A stretch of DNA of 64,000 nt. Source: Candidatus Eiseniibacteriota bacterium (GTDB taxonomy: Bacteria; Eisenbacteria; RBG-16-71-46; CAIMUX01; VGJL01). The stretch spans positions 1,536,001 to 1,600,000 of the forward strand of contig CAWBWI010000001.1 of NCBI GenBank assembly GCA_963792585.1. The letters are read 5' to 3'. The position numbers and the translations under genes are program-made. Below are positions 1 through 12,961 of the stretch, in pieces. A model generated the notes under the pieces. The model made no database searches. It had not been told where the DNA came from and worked only from the letters and a program-made list of their open reading frames with translations. Position 1 is the stretch's first letter; each line of letters begins with the position of its first letter.

Positions 1-72
1 GAGGAGATGCTCGGGGCGACCTCGGAGATCGCCGTCGCAATGCCGCGTCGAGAACTCTCGAAGAGGGCCGGC

Positions 73-1395
73 TCAGCCGTTCAGGAACTGCACTCGGAAT
101 CCGCCCTGTCGCAGACGGTCGATTTCTGCGCGCGGCAGGGCATATTCCGCGTAGACCGTCGCATCGGCGAACGACTCGCTCAGGGTGCACCCCCGGCGCG
201 CGATTTCCCGCGCCTCGGCCAACCGCTCGGTTGGGAAGTTGACCCGCACCCGGATTTGCGATGTGGCCAGCTCTCGCGCCAGTCGCTCCCGGAATCGCTC
301 CACGTCGCCGTCGACGACGGCCGAGAGAATCTCCGCGTCGGGATGGCGGAGCTTCAGCGCATACCCGGTCACCTCGTCCTGGAACAGGTCGGCTTTGTTG
401 AGGATCACCAGGCGGGCGATCTCTCCGGGGAGAATCTCTCCGAGCACCTCTTCGACCGTCCGCATCTGCTCTTCATGGGCAGGGTGGCTTGCGTCGACGA
501 CATGGATGATAAGGTCCGCCTCGCGCACCTCGAGCAGGGTCGCCCGAAAGGAGGCAACCAGGTGGTGCGGGAGTTTGCGGATGAATCCGACCGTATCGGA
601 GAGCAGCATCTGCTGGTTGCCGGGGAGCACGATCTGCCGCGTGGTCGTGTCCAGGGTGGCGAAGAGCTTGTCCTCGGCCAGCACCCCCGCCCGCGTGAGC
701 GCGTTGAACCAGGTCGACTTCCCGGCGTTCGTGTAGCCCACCAGCGCCGCGCGGAAGAAGGGGGTGCGGCGCTTCCGCTGCGTCTCGCGTTCCCGTTCGA
801 CTCCCTCGAGCTTCTCCTTGAGCATCGTGATTCGGTGGTGCACGCGCCGGCGGTCGACCTCGAGCTGCGTTTCTCCGGGTCCCCGCGTTCCGATCCCTCC
901 GCCCAACCGTCCGAAGTGCTCCCACATCCTGGTCAGCCTGGGAAGGATGTACTCCAGTTGCGCCAGCTCCACCTGGAGCATCGCCTCGCGGGTGCGCGCA
1001 CGACGGGCGAAGATGTCGAGGATCAACTCGGTGCGGTCGACGACGCGCACCTTCAGGTCCTTCTCAAGATTGCGGGCCTGCGCGGGGCTGAGATCCTGGT
1101 CGAAGATCAGGAGCTCGGCCTCGTGCTGCAACAACAGGTCGCGAACCTGCTCGCGCTTGCCCTTGCTCAGGAAAGACGATGAATCGATGGAGGCGCGGCG
1201 CTGCACCGCGCTTCCGGCGACGACTGCACCCGCCGTGTCCGCCAGGAGAGTCAACTCGGCGAGGGAGTCCTCGCTACCGCTCGTGTCGAGACCGACGAGA
1301 ATCGCCTTCTCGACCTTGACTGCAGTGCTCTGTGGAATCTTGGGGATCTTCTTCTCTCCTTCCGTTCGGAGGCGGCCTCGCCCGAAGTCTAGCAT
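73..1395 (-). CDS. hflX: Ribosome-splitting GTPase HflX (start uncertain: ATG 1395 or ATC 1347)
   Basis: Motifs LILDIFARRA, GGGIGTRGPGETQLEVDRR, G1 GYTNAGKST, DKLFATLDTT, SDTVGFIRKLPH, NKAD. Confidence 0.95.
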   Translation of the reverse strand: MLDFGRGRLRTEGEKKIPKIPQSTAVKVEKAILVGLDTSGSEDSLAELTLLADTAGAVVAGSAVQRRASIDSSSFLSKGKREQVRDLLLQHEAELLIFDQDLSPAQARNLEKDLKVRVVDRTELILDIFARRARTREAMLQVELAQLEYILPRLTRMWEHFGRLGGGIGTRGPGETQLEVDRRRVHHRITMLKEKLEGVERERETQRKRRTPFFRAALVGYTNAGKSTWFNALTRAGVLAEDKLFATLDTTTRQIVLPGNQQMLLSDTVGFIRKLPHHLVASFRATLLEVREADLIIHVVDASHPAHEEQMRTVEEVLGEILPGEIARLVILNKADLFQDEVTGYALKLRHPDAEILSAVVDGDVERFRERLARELATSQIRVRVNFPTERLAEAREIARRGCTLSESFADATVYAEYALPRAEIDRLRQGGFRVQFLNG

Positions 1396-1412
1396 CCGAT
1401 CCGATGGGCGGC

Positions 1413-1452
1413 GCAAAGGAAACGGACCGGACGGAGGCGCCGCCCGGTCCGC
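1413..1452 (-). terminator. Intrinsic terminator after groEL
   Basis: Minus strand CGGACCGGGCGG-cgcct-CCGTCCGGTCCG followed by TTTCCTTT, about 25 nt after the groEL stop. Confidence 0.7.
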
Positions 1453-1477
1453 TTCGCGGAGATTTACCGGCTACGGA

Positions 1478-3117
<1,640 letters not shown>

Positions 3118-3172
3118 TCAGAGCCTCCCTTCGGGCATATCACATTGACAGGGACACGCGCATGGGCGGCCC

Positions 3173-3469
3173 TTAGTTCTGGATGATCCCGAGGACATCG
3201 TCCTCACGAAGGATCAGATAGTCCTTGCCGTCGATCTTGACCTCGGTGCCGGCGTACTTGCTCATCAGGATCCGGTCGCCGGTCTTGACCTCGAGCTTCT
3301 GGATCTTGCCGTCATCGAGGGTACGGCCGGGCCCGCAAGCGATCACCTCGCCCTGCATGGGCTTCTCCTTCGCCGTGTCAGGGATGATGATGCCGCCGCG
3401 GGTTTCCTCGGCTTCCTCCATCCTCTTGACGAGGAGCCGGTCGCCCAGGGGGCGAATCTTCGTCGTCAT
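3173..3469 (-). CDS. groES: Co-chaperonin GroES
   Basis: [15 protein letters not shown]...[13 protein letters not shown]...[14 protein letters not shown] upstream of ATG. Confidence 0.97.
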   Translation of the reverse strand: MTTKIRPLGDRLLVKRMEEAEETRGGIIIPDTAKEKPMQGEVIACGPGRTLDDGKIQKLEVKTGDRILMSKYAGTEVKIDGKDYLILREDDVLGIIQN

Positions 3470-3586
3470 CGAAGCCTCCTTCTTCCATGGACGGGACGTG
3501 CGTCCCACTGCTTTGAACCTTTGGATTGATTCCTGGGCACCTGCCGCATGTCAGGGCTGCACCCAATAGAAGTCAGTGGGGATAAT

Positions 3587-3912
3587 TACCAGACTCGTGC
3601 CCGCGCGCCACGCAAGATGGAACTCATTTACCTACAAGCAGTTAGGCGCTGCGCGTCGATCTGGAGCGCCCACCAAACGCGCATGAAGGCCGACTCTGTG
3701 TCAAAGCGGCGCATCCACCCGGACCCCCGCAATCGTTCGTCAACCCTTTGTGAGACAAGGAACTAGGATTGCCGAGCTGATCGCGGGACCGTTCCAAGTT
3801 GAAACTCGATGCCAATTTGGCATAAGTGTAGACGACCCAAAGCCCTGCGAGACACCGTTTCGAACGCTAACTGACTGCAATGTATAGAGTACTGATGTGC
3901 CAAAATGGCACA
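3587..3912 (-). promoter_or_regulatory. Putative enhancer-type groESL promoter region: degenerate -24/-12, IHF-like core and palindromes
   Basis: Minus GGGCACGAGTCTGGTA (3587-3602); CAA-N4-TTA at 3635-3644; TGTGCCA-AAA-TGGCACA (3896-3912); ATGCCA-ATT-TGGCAT (3809-3823); weaker copy at 3697-3713. Confidence 0.45.
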
Positions 3913-3962
3913 ACCTGGCATCGCCCGACCCGGCTCAACGCCGGGGCAGGCTCCGCGGGACC

Positions 3963-5342
3963 TCATGTCCCCCGCCGATAGCCTACAAGCCGCCTCTGCA
4001 GGGTACGGAGACCGATACCGAGGACTCGTGCGGCGGCCTTCCGATCGCCGCCGGTTCGCGCAAGAGTGGCCTCGATCACGCGCCGCTCGATTTCCGCCAT
4101 CGAGAGGCCCGCGGGGAGGCGGATTTCCTCTCCTTCAACCGACCCACTCCCCTCGCGGATCTCCTCGGGGAGGTCCCCGACGTCGAGCGGCCCGTCCCCC
4201 ACGCTGGTGAGCACCATGGCGCGCACGACGCTCTTCAGTTCGCGCACGTTCCCCGGCCACGGATAGCGGACCAGACGATCCATCGCGGCCGGTTTGATGC
4301 CGGCGATCGGTCTGCCCGTTTCCTCGCGCGCCTCCCCCAGCAGATGGTCGACGAGCAGAGGGATGTCCCGTTTCCGGTGGCGGAGGGCGGGCATCACGAT
4401 CGTCGCGGTGCGGAGTGTGTCGTAGAGATCGGCCCGAATCCGCCCCTCGTCCACGCGCTCACGTAGAGCCAGAGAGCCGATCGCAACGAGGCGCGTGTCG
4501 GCGCGCAGGGTCTTCGTTCCGCCCACCCGCTCGTACTCGTGATCGCGCAAGAGGCGAAGCAGGCGCGCCTGCACGTTCATCGGCAGGTCGTCGACGCCGT
4601 CGAGGACGAGCGTCCCCCCTTCGGCCAGTTCGATTCGACCCGCGCGCGGTTTCGTGGAAGCCTGCTCGGCGCCGCACAGGTCCGCCTCGAGGAATCCCGG
4701 CTCGAGCCCCTCGCAGTCGAGCCGCACGAGGGGGCCCGTGCGCCGCGCGCTGTTGTGATGGATCGCCGCGGCCACGAGTTCCCGCCCGGTGCCCGACTCC
4801 CCCGTCACCAGGACCGGCATATCCGTACCGCACACCTGCAGGATCCGATTGTAGACGCGAACGATGGGGGCCGAGTTGCCGACCAGGTTTCGAAATCCGA
4901 ACTTCCGGTCGAGCCGGCGAGCCATCTGGTGCATCTCTCCCACGAGCCGCTGCACGTTGAGCCCGCGACGGATGACGGCGAGAAGCTTCTCGAGATTCAG
5001 CGGCCGCGTCTGGAAATCGTGCGCGCCCTCGTCGAGAGCACGGGTGGCCAGGTCGAGATCCGCAGGAGACGCCAGCAGGATCGCGCAGACGTCGGGATTG
5101 CGCATGCGGGCCACGCGGAGAAGGCGCATGCCGCCGATCCGAGCATCACGCGTCTCGGTGATCAGGGCATCGACCTGCTCGGCGTCGAGGATATTGTAGC
5201 CGGCGGCTTCATCGCCGACGCGGACCACCTCCATCCCGTTCTGTTCGAGGAAGAGGGCGATCCGGCGCGCTTCGGTCGGCTCCCGAAGGACGATGAGTAC
5301 GCGCGGCGCATTGGCGCCGGGAAGTGTCGCCGGTTGCTCCAT
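3963..5342 (-). CDS. NtrC-family receiver-AAA+-Fis HTH regulator with degenerate motifs
   Basis: Receiver, GESGTGRE, YPWPGNVRELK and HTH AARVLGIGLRTLQRRL present; GAFTGA absent. Confidence 0.9.
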   Translation of the reverse strand: MEQPATLPGANAPRVLIVLREPTEARRIALFLEQNGMEVVRVGDEAAGYNILDAEQVDALITETRDARIGGMRLLRVARMRNPDVCAILLASPADLDLATRALDEGAHDFQTRPLNLEKLLAVIRRGLNVQRLVGEMHQMARRLDRKFGFRNLVGNSAPIVRVYNRILQVCGTDMPVLVTGESGTGRELVAAAIHHNSARRTGPLVRLDCEGLEPGFLEADLCGAEQASTKPRAGRIELAEGGTLVLDGVDDLPMNVQARLLRLLRDHEYERVGGTKTLRADTRLVAIGSLALRERVDEGRIRADLYDTLRTATIVMPALRHRKRDIPLLVDHLLGEAREETGRPIAGIKPAAMDRLVRYPWPGNVRELKSVVRAMVLTSVGDGPLDVGDLPEEIREGSGSVEGEEIRLPAGLSMAEIERRVIEATLARTGGDRKAAARVLGIGLRTLQRRLVGYRRGT

Positions 5343-5372
5343 CCATCCGCTCCGGGACCCACTCTAGGAAGC

Positions 5373-5388
5373 TGGCACGTCCCTTGCA
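5373..5388 (+). promoter_or_regulatory. Sigma54 (-24/-12) promoter
   Basis: TGGCACGTCCCTTGCA, a perfect TGGCACG-N4-TTGC match in a divergent intergenic region. Confidence 0.8.
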
Positions 5389-5621
5389 ACTTCCCGCGGC
5401 CAACAGGCGCCCCGGCGGCAGCGCCGGGGGAACCCCGCCCGCGAATTGACGCCTAAGCCTTGGGGAATCCGCGATTCCAAGGCGCGCGCCGCCGCCCGAG
5501 GGCGACGCGGGGTCGAGACTGACCGGGCGCCCTCCAGGATCGACATTGCAGGACGCCAAAGCGACTCTCATTCTTCACGATCTTCCGGACCCCGCGGGAG
5601 TTCGTCCTGGAGGACCGCATC

Positions 5622-6137
5622 ATGCAAACGGAGAGCCGACTGGCCGGGTCGCGATTCCTCGAGAACCTGGCGTACATCGTGCCGGGCTATCAGGGGTACA
5701 AGGATCCCGCCAACAGGCGGGAAGAGGACTCGCGCCTGCGCGCTCGCGTCCTCCAGAGACTCGCCGCGGTCCATGCGAGTCTCAGCGCCCTGATCTCCGC
5801 CGCGGTCGGGCTCGACGCGGCTCCGAATCTCACGGAACCCTTCGCTGAGCGAATCCACCGGCTCGATGGAATCGCGGAGGCCGTTCGCTATGCTCCCTAC
5901 GGCTTCAGCGGCTTCTTCGACGCACTCGACGTTCGCGAGGATTCCCTGGAGCGGATCCTGGAGGCGGATCTCCTTCTGTTCCAGGATCTGGATGCCCTCG
6001 AAGAAGTCGCCGACAGGCCGAGCCTGCCGGTCCGGTCCGGGGCGCGACGAACCGCCTTCCTCCGACAGCTCGACGAGGCGACCGATGCCCTCGAGCGACA
6101 TCTGATTCTGCGCGACAAGATCCTCGGGGATTGCTAG
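5622..6137 (+). CDS. Helical hypothetical protein (VPGYQGY...RREED...YGFSGFFD)
   Basis: GGAGG RBS, 171-aa ORF with protein-like composition. Confidence 0.8.
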   Translation: MQTESRLAGSRFLENLAYIVPGYQGYKDPANRREEDSRLRARVLQRLAAVHASLSALISAAVGLDAAPNLTEPFAERIHRLDGIAEAVRYAPYGFSGFFDALDVREDSLERILEADLLLFQDLDALEEVADRPSLPVRSGARRTAFLRQLDEATDALERHLILRDKILGDC

Positions 6138-6195
6138 CGCGGATTCCGTTATCATGGTTTGTCACCTTCGGTCCCCCAACTCGAGGGATGCAGCC

Positions 6196-7767
6196 ATGAG
6201 ACGATCCTCATTCCTACGCTTCGCGATCCTGCTCCTGTGTCATGCCGGCGCCGCCGGGGCGTGGACGAACGTCCAGGTCAACACGCGCGCCAACAACCCG
6301 GAGGAGACGTCGATCGCGATCAATCCGGTCGACCCCTCCAACGTGATCGGCGTCGCCCAGAATGCGGATTGCTGCTACTACGCAACGACCGACGGCGGCG
6401 GGACGTGGTCGGACGGCAGCCTCTTAGACCCCTTCTGCCTGGGGGATCCTTCGATCACATTCGACCGGCGCGGCTATGCCTACTACTGCTACATCGGCGA
6501 CTGGAACCACTCCGGGATCTTCATCAACCGGTCCACGGATGGTGGCCGCACGTGGATGCCGGCGGGTGTTGCGGTCATCGAGCACGAAGGACGCGTCCCG
6601 TTCGAGGACAAATCATACCCGGTCGCCGACTGGACCGAATCGCCGCACCGCAACAATCTGTACGTGGGCTGGACCCAGTTCGATCACTACGGCAGCGACG
6701 CTCCCACCGACAGCAGCCGGATCCTGTTCGCCCGTTCGATCGACGCGGGGCTGAGCTTCTCGGTTCCGATCAAGATCAGCGATCGAGGCGGGAACGCGAT
6801 CGACTCCGATGAGACGGTCGAGGGAGCGGTGCCGGCCGTCGGCCCCGACGGCGAGGTCTACATCGCGTGGTCCGGCCCGCGGGGGATCGAGTTCGACAGG
6901 TCCCTGGATGGGGGCCTCACGTTCGGGCGCGATATCTTCGTCACCTCGCAGCCCGGCGGATGGGACTTCGCGGTGCCCGGTTTCTACAGGGCCAACGGCC
7001 TGCCGGTCACGAAGGCCGACATCAGCGGCGGCCCGCATCGTGGTCGCGTCTACGTCAACTGGTCCGACCAGCGGACCGGCGACACCGACGTCTATGTCAT
7101 CTGGTCGGACGATCGCGGCGACTCGTGGGGACCGGTCGTGCGCGTGAACGACGATCTGCTCGGCAACGGACGGGACCAGTTCTTCACATGGATGGACGTC
7201 GACCCGATCACTGGGTTCATCTACGTCGTCTTCTACGATCGCCGGGAGCACGCCGAGAACCGAATCACCGACGTCTACCTCGCCTCCTCGACCGACGGCG
7301 GCGCCCACTTCCTCAACCAGAAGATCAGCACCGCCCCGTTCACTCCGAACCCGAACGTCTTCTTCGGCGACTACACGGGCATCACGGCGTTCGCGGGCCG
7401 GATCCGCCCGCTCTGGATGCGCATGGACTCTACCTGGGATCTTTCGGCGTGGACGGCGCTGATCGATCTGCCCAACGCCGATGTTCTCGAGCCGACGGTC
7501 GCCGCGCCCCAGCTCGTCGTCTATCCGAATCCCGTGCGGACCTGGGCGCAGATCGTCTGTGCGTCGAGCGTGGAGGGTCCGATCCGCCTCGATATCCACG
7601 ATCTCGGCGGACGCCTCGTGCGGCGGCTCGGCTCCGACTTTCCCGAGAAGGGCACGCGGGTGATCTGGTGGGACGGGCGCACCGAGGATCGCCGCGAGGC
7701 GGCCGCGGGGCTCTACTTCGTCTCGGGAGAGGGAATCGCGCCGGCGAGGATCGTGGTCATCCGCTAA
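6196..7767 (+). CDS. Secreted BNR/Asp-box (sialidase-like) beta-propeller protein with FlgD-Ig/T9SS-like C-terminal domain
   Basis: Signal peptide; repeated STDGGxTW Asp-boxes; FFGDY; tail YPNP...DLGGRLVR...WDGR...GLYFV. Confidence 0.85.
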   Translation: MRRSSFLRFAILLLCHAGAAGAWTNVQVNTRANNPEETSIAINPVDPSNVIGVAQNADCCYYATTDGGGTWSDGSLLDPFCLGDPSITFDRRGYAYYCYIGDWNHSGIFINRSTDGGRTWMPAGVAVIEHEGRVPFEDKSYPVADWTESPHRNNLYVGWTQFDHYGSDAPTDSSRILFARSIDAGLSFSVPIKISDRGGNAIDSDETVEGAVPAVGPDGEVYIAWSGPRGIEFDRSLDGGLTFGRDIFVTSQPGGWDFAVPGFYRANGLPVTKADISGGPHRGRVYVNWSDQRTGDTDVYVIWSDDRGDSWGPVVRVNDDLLGNGRDQFFTWMDVDPITGFIYVVFYDRREHAENRITDVYLASSTDGGAHFLNQKISTAPFTPNPNVFFGDYTGITAFAGRIRPLWMRMDSTWDLSAWTALIDLPNADVLEPTVAAPQLVVYPNPVRTWAQIVCASSVEGPIRLDIHDLGGRLVRRLGSDFPEKGTRVIWWDGRTEDRREAAAGLYFVSGEGIAPARIVVIR

Positions 7768-8984
7768 GCGGGCGTCGAGCGCCGAGCCGCGTCACCACGA
7801 CCCGGAAGCCAGATCCGGAACGTCGTCCCCTTCCCGGGCAGGGAGGAGCAGGTCACCGTTCCGCCGTGCTCCTCGACGATCTGGCGGACGACCGCGAGGC
7901 CGAGTCCCGTACCGTCCTGCTTCGTCGTGAAGAACGGCTCGAAGATCCGCGGAAGGACGTCGGGCGGAATGCCGGGGCCATTGTCGTCCACCTCGATCCG
8001 CGCTCCGTTGCGTTCCCCGACGCTCACCACCATCACCTGACCCGATTGCGCGGGGACGACATCCATCGCGTTCCGGATCAGGTTCAAGATCACCTGGCGC
8101 AACAGCCGGCTGTCGCAGGCCACGAGGGGCCTGCGGTCGTCGAGGTTGAGCACGAGACGGATCCCGCTGCGCCTCAGCTCCGGCCGAAGGAAGTCGGCGA
8201 GTTCGAGCAGGACGACGTTGAGATCCTCCTCGCGGCCGGTCGGCTGGGGCATCCGGGAGAACTGGAGATACTCCTCGGTGATCTGCGTGAGCCGGCGCGT
8301 CTCCCTCTTGATCGTCTGGAGGATCTCGCGCGCCTCCCGCTCCTCGGGCGATTCGCCGGCGCCCAGGTTGTCGATCAGGAGATCGCAATTGAGATTGATC
8401 GAACCCAGGGGATTGCGGATCTCGTGGACGACCTTCGACGCGATCTTGCCCACTGCGGCCATCTTCTCGGCGTGAATCAACTCGCGCTCGAGTTCGTGCT
8501 GGCTCGAGATGTCACGGAGAATCTCGACGAACCCGGCCTCCCGTCCCTCCGGCACCCGGATCCGCGAACGGGTGATCGAGACCGCGATCTGCGTGCCGTC
8601 CTTTCGTCGCCGACTCGTCCGGAGATCTCGCACCGTCCCCACCTCCACGAAGTCCCGCGTCAGCGCCGGCTCGAGCTCGGCTCCTCCAGGAAGGAGGATC
8701 GAGTACGGCTTTCCGACCGCCTCGGAAGTCGCGTATCCAAACGTGTCGCTTGCCCCGCGGTTCCAGATCCGGATCTCCCCGTCCGGATCGAGGACGAGGA
8801 TCGCATCGGCCGCGTCCTCGAACGCCCCCTCGAGCATCCGCCGGGTTCGACTCAGCGCGTCGACGGCCTCGCGGGAGGACTGCCGCCGGGCGCGGCGCAG
8901 GACGGCATAGGCGATAGCGAGAAACGTCGCCCCAAGAACGAAGAGGACGACACCCCCGACATCCATCGCGCTGGATATGGGCAT
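7764..8984 (-). CDS. Membrane PAS-domain histidine kinase
   Basis: N-terminal TM helix, PAS, H-box VHEIRNPL, N-box NLIRNA, DNGPGI, FEPFFTTK, GTGLGL. Confidence 0.92.
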   Translation of the reverse strand: MPISSAMDVGGVVLFVLGATFLAIAYAVLRRARRQSSREAVDALSRTRRMLEGAFEDAADAILVLDPDGEIRIWNRGASDTFGYATSEAVGKPYSILLPGGAELEPALTRDFVEVGTVRDLRTSRRRKDGTQIAVSITRSRIRVPEGREAGFVEILRDISSQHELERELIHAEKMAAVGKIASKVVHEIRNPLGSINLNCDLLIDNLGAGESPEEREAREILQTIKRETRRLTQITEEYLQFSRMPQPTGREEDLNVVLLELADFLRPELRRSGIRLVLNLDDRRPLVACDSRLLRQVILNLIRNAMDVVPAQSGQVMVVSVGERNGARIEVDDNGPGIPPDVLPRIFEPFFTTKQDGTGLGLAVVRQIVEEHGGTVTCSSLPGKGTTFRIWLPGRGDAARRSTPA

Positions 8985-8986
8985 CG

Positions 8987-10348
8987 TCAGTCCATGTACT
9001 CCGTGAGACCGTACTCGCGGATCTTGCGATACAAACGCGTCCGCGAAATGCGCAGAAGGACGGCAGCGCGCGACTTGTTGCCGTCGCTCGCCCGCAGGGC
9101 GCGCTCGACCGCCTGGCGTTCCGCATCGGAGAGCGCCCGGGGGACCTCTCCATCTTCCGCCGCCATCGGTTCCTCGGCCCGGACCGCCTCGGGAAGGTCG
9201 TCGGTCGTGAGGGTCCCGTCGACCCCCATCGCAAAGATCGACTCGATCATGTTCTCCAGCTGCCGCACGTTCCCCGGCCACCTGTAGCGCTGCAGCAGCT
9301 CGAGGGCGCGGGGCTCGACGCCGGTGATCCGGTTCGGGAAGAGCCGGCCGAACTTCTCGATGAAGTGCTGCGTCAGGAACGGGATGTCGTCGGCACGGGC
9401 CCGCAGGGGTGGAATGTCGATGCGGATCACCGCGAGGCGGTAGTAGAGATCCTGCCGAAGGACCCCCTCGGCGACCGCCTCGTCGACATAGCGGTTCGTC
9501 GCGGCGATGAAGCGCACGTCGACTTTGAGTTCACCGACGTCGCCGACCGGCCGCACGGTTCGCTCCTGGATCACGCGCAGGAGCTTCGCTTGCGTCTCGC
9601 CCGGCATCTCCGCGATCTCGTCGAGGAAGAGTGTGCCGCCGTCCGAAGAGCGAACGAGACCCAGGGTCGTCGCGCTCGCCCCGGTGAAGGCGCCCCGCCT
9701 GTGGCCGAACAGCTCGCTCTCGATCAGCTCGCGCGGGATCGCGCTGCAGTTGACCGGCACGAACGGCTTGCCGGCCCGCGTCCCGCTGTAGTGGATCGCG
9801 CGGGCGACGACCTCTTTGCCGGTCCCGCTCTCGCCGAAGATCAGGACCGAGCTATCGTTGCGCGCCGCCGCCTGTATGAGCGAGAAGACGCGCTGCATCC
9901 CCGCCCCTCCCCCCACGAGCTTCGGAAAGGGCGAAGTCTCGGTCAACTCTCCCCGGAGGCGGGTGATCTCCCCCTTCATCCGGCGCGCTTCGAAGATCTG
10001 GTTGACGGCTTTGAGCAGCTCGTCCTTATCGAACGGCTTGGTGATGTAGTCGGTCGCGCCCACCTTCATCGCCTGGATCGCGTTCTGGATCGTCCCGTAG
10101 CCGGTCATCATGATGACGTCCGTCTGCGGGTGCTCCTTCTTGATCCGCTGGAGCAGCTCGGTGCCGTCCATCCGCGGCATGCGCAGATCGGTCAGTACCA
10201 GCGAATAGGACGGGTCGCGAGCAAGCGCATCGAGAGCCTGCTGGGCTCCATAGACCGCGTCCGAGTCGATTCCCGCCTTGCGGAAGATCCGGCGGCACGC
10301 CTCGGCCATGTCGACGTCGTCATCGACGATCAGGATCCGTTCGTCCAC
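8987..10348 (-). CDS. Sigma54-dependent response regulator (NtrC/AtoC family), motifs intact
   Basis: VDDD, TDLRMP, KPF receiver; GESGTGKE; ELFGHRRGAFTGA; LFLDEI; WPGNVRQL; Fis HTH. Confidence 0.95.
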   Translation of the reverse strand: MDERILIVDDDVDMAEACRRIFRKAGIDSDAVYGAQQALDALARDPSYSLVLTDLRMPRMDGTELLQRIKKEHPQTDVIMMTGYGTIQNAIQAMKVGATDYITKPFDKDELLKAVNQIFEARRMKGEITRLRGELTETSPFPKLVGGGAGMQRVFSLIQAAARNDSSVLIFGESGTGKEVVARAIHYSGTRAGKPFVPVNCSAIPRELIESELFGHRRGAFTGASATTLGLVRSSDGGTLFLDEIAEMPGETQAKLLRVIQERTVRPVGDVGELKVDVRFIAATNRYVDEAVAEGVLRQDLYYRLAVIRIDIPPLRARADDIPFLTQHFIEKFGRLFPNRITGVEPRALELLQRYRWPGNVRQLENMIESIFAMGVDGTLTTDDLPEAVRAEEPMAAEDGEVPRALSDAERQAVERALRASDGNKSRAAVLLRISRTRLYRKIREYGLTEYMD

Positions 10349-10465
10349 CCTGGCGCCGGCCCTCCCTTCACCCTCGGTACGCCCATCGGCCCATAGTAGC
10401 GCGCACCGCGCTCCCCGGCTAGCCGGGCGAACGCGGTGCGCTGGACCGACGGCGTGCGCGTGGGT

Positions 10466-11886
<1,421 letters not shown>

Positions 11887-11894
<8 letters not shown>

Positions 11895-12950
11895 GGGCGC
11901 ACCTCCAGCTTCGCGGATCTGATCCACGAGCTCGCTCGGCGGTCGGGACATTCCCCCCCGTGCGGCCGTAGAGGCCGACCGGGCTTCTTCCCGTTCACGG
12001 CGAGGCGCACGTCGTCGACCATCTGCCCGTCGAGAGCTCGACGACGAGGAAGCTGCTGGACCTGGTCGGCCAGCTCGGCGAGCTTCACCTTCGGGAACGG
12101 CCAGAGCGTGATCGGCCGGAGCAGACCGACCTTGATGCCGCCATCCCGCGCCATGTCGACCGCGGTCTTCAGCACCGCGACGACGATGCCGTAGCCGACG
12201 ACGACGAACTCGGCGTCGTCGAGTCGGTACGTCTCGCAGGCGGACCTCGTCTGCTCGATCCCCTTGTACTTCGCCGTCGAGCTTGTTGACGTGCCCCTCG
12301 AGGTCGTCCGGCTCGAGGTAGATCGAGCTGATGAGGTTGTCCTTGCTCGTGCCGTCGGCGTCGCACCGCCCACGGCTTGGCAGGGAAGCTGGTCCGGGCC
12401 TGCGGGAAGTCGCACGGGCTCCATCATCTGTCCGATGAAGCCGTCGGCCAGGACGATAGACCGGGTTGCGGTACTTGTCGGCGAGGTCGAAGGCGAGGAC
12501 GGTCAGGTCGCACATCTCCTGCGCGGAGTTCGGCGCCAGGACGATGCACTGGTAGCTGCCGTGGCCGCCGCCCTTGACGATCTGGTTGTAGTCGCCCTGC
12601 TCCGGCGCGATGTTGCCGAGGCCCGGGCCGCCGCGCATGATGTCGACGATGACGCAGGGCAGCTCGGCGCCGGCCAGGTAGGAGATCCCTTCCTGCTTCA
12701 GGCTGATTCCGGGGCCGGAGGAGGCGGTCATGCAGCGTATCCCGGCCGAGGCGGCGCCGTAGACCATGTTGATCGCGGCGACCTCGCTCTCCGCCTGGAG
12801 AAACGTCCCGCCGACCCGCGGGAAGTAGAGGGCCGCGGCCTCGGCGATCTCGCTGGCCGGCGTGATCGGGTAGCCGTAGTAGGCGCGGCAACCCGCGAGG
12901 ATCGCCCCCTTGACGATCGCTTCGTTGCCCTTCAAGAGCATCTTGGCCAT
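11887..12950 (-). CDS. 2-oxoacid:ferredoxin oxidoreductase alpha subunit (VorB-like); apparent frameshifts, 3' end approximate
   Basis: [52 protein letters not shown]. Confidence 0.88.
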
Positions 12951-12961
12951 CGTGTGCCTCC

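Noticed and set aside
1..72. Possible start of a gene downstream of hflX (frame reading ...SSRRGIATAISEVAPSIS)
   Set aside because: Too short, no start codon after the preceding in-frame stop, and truncated by the window edge.
5545..5570. c-di-GMP-I riboswitch (GGACGCCAAAGC)
   Set aside because: No upstream GYAAA stem with GNRA loop and no receptor hairpin.
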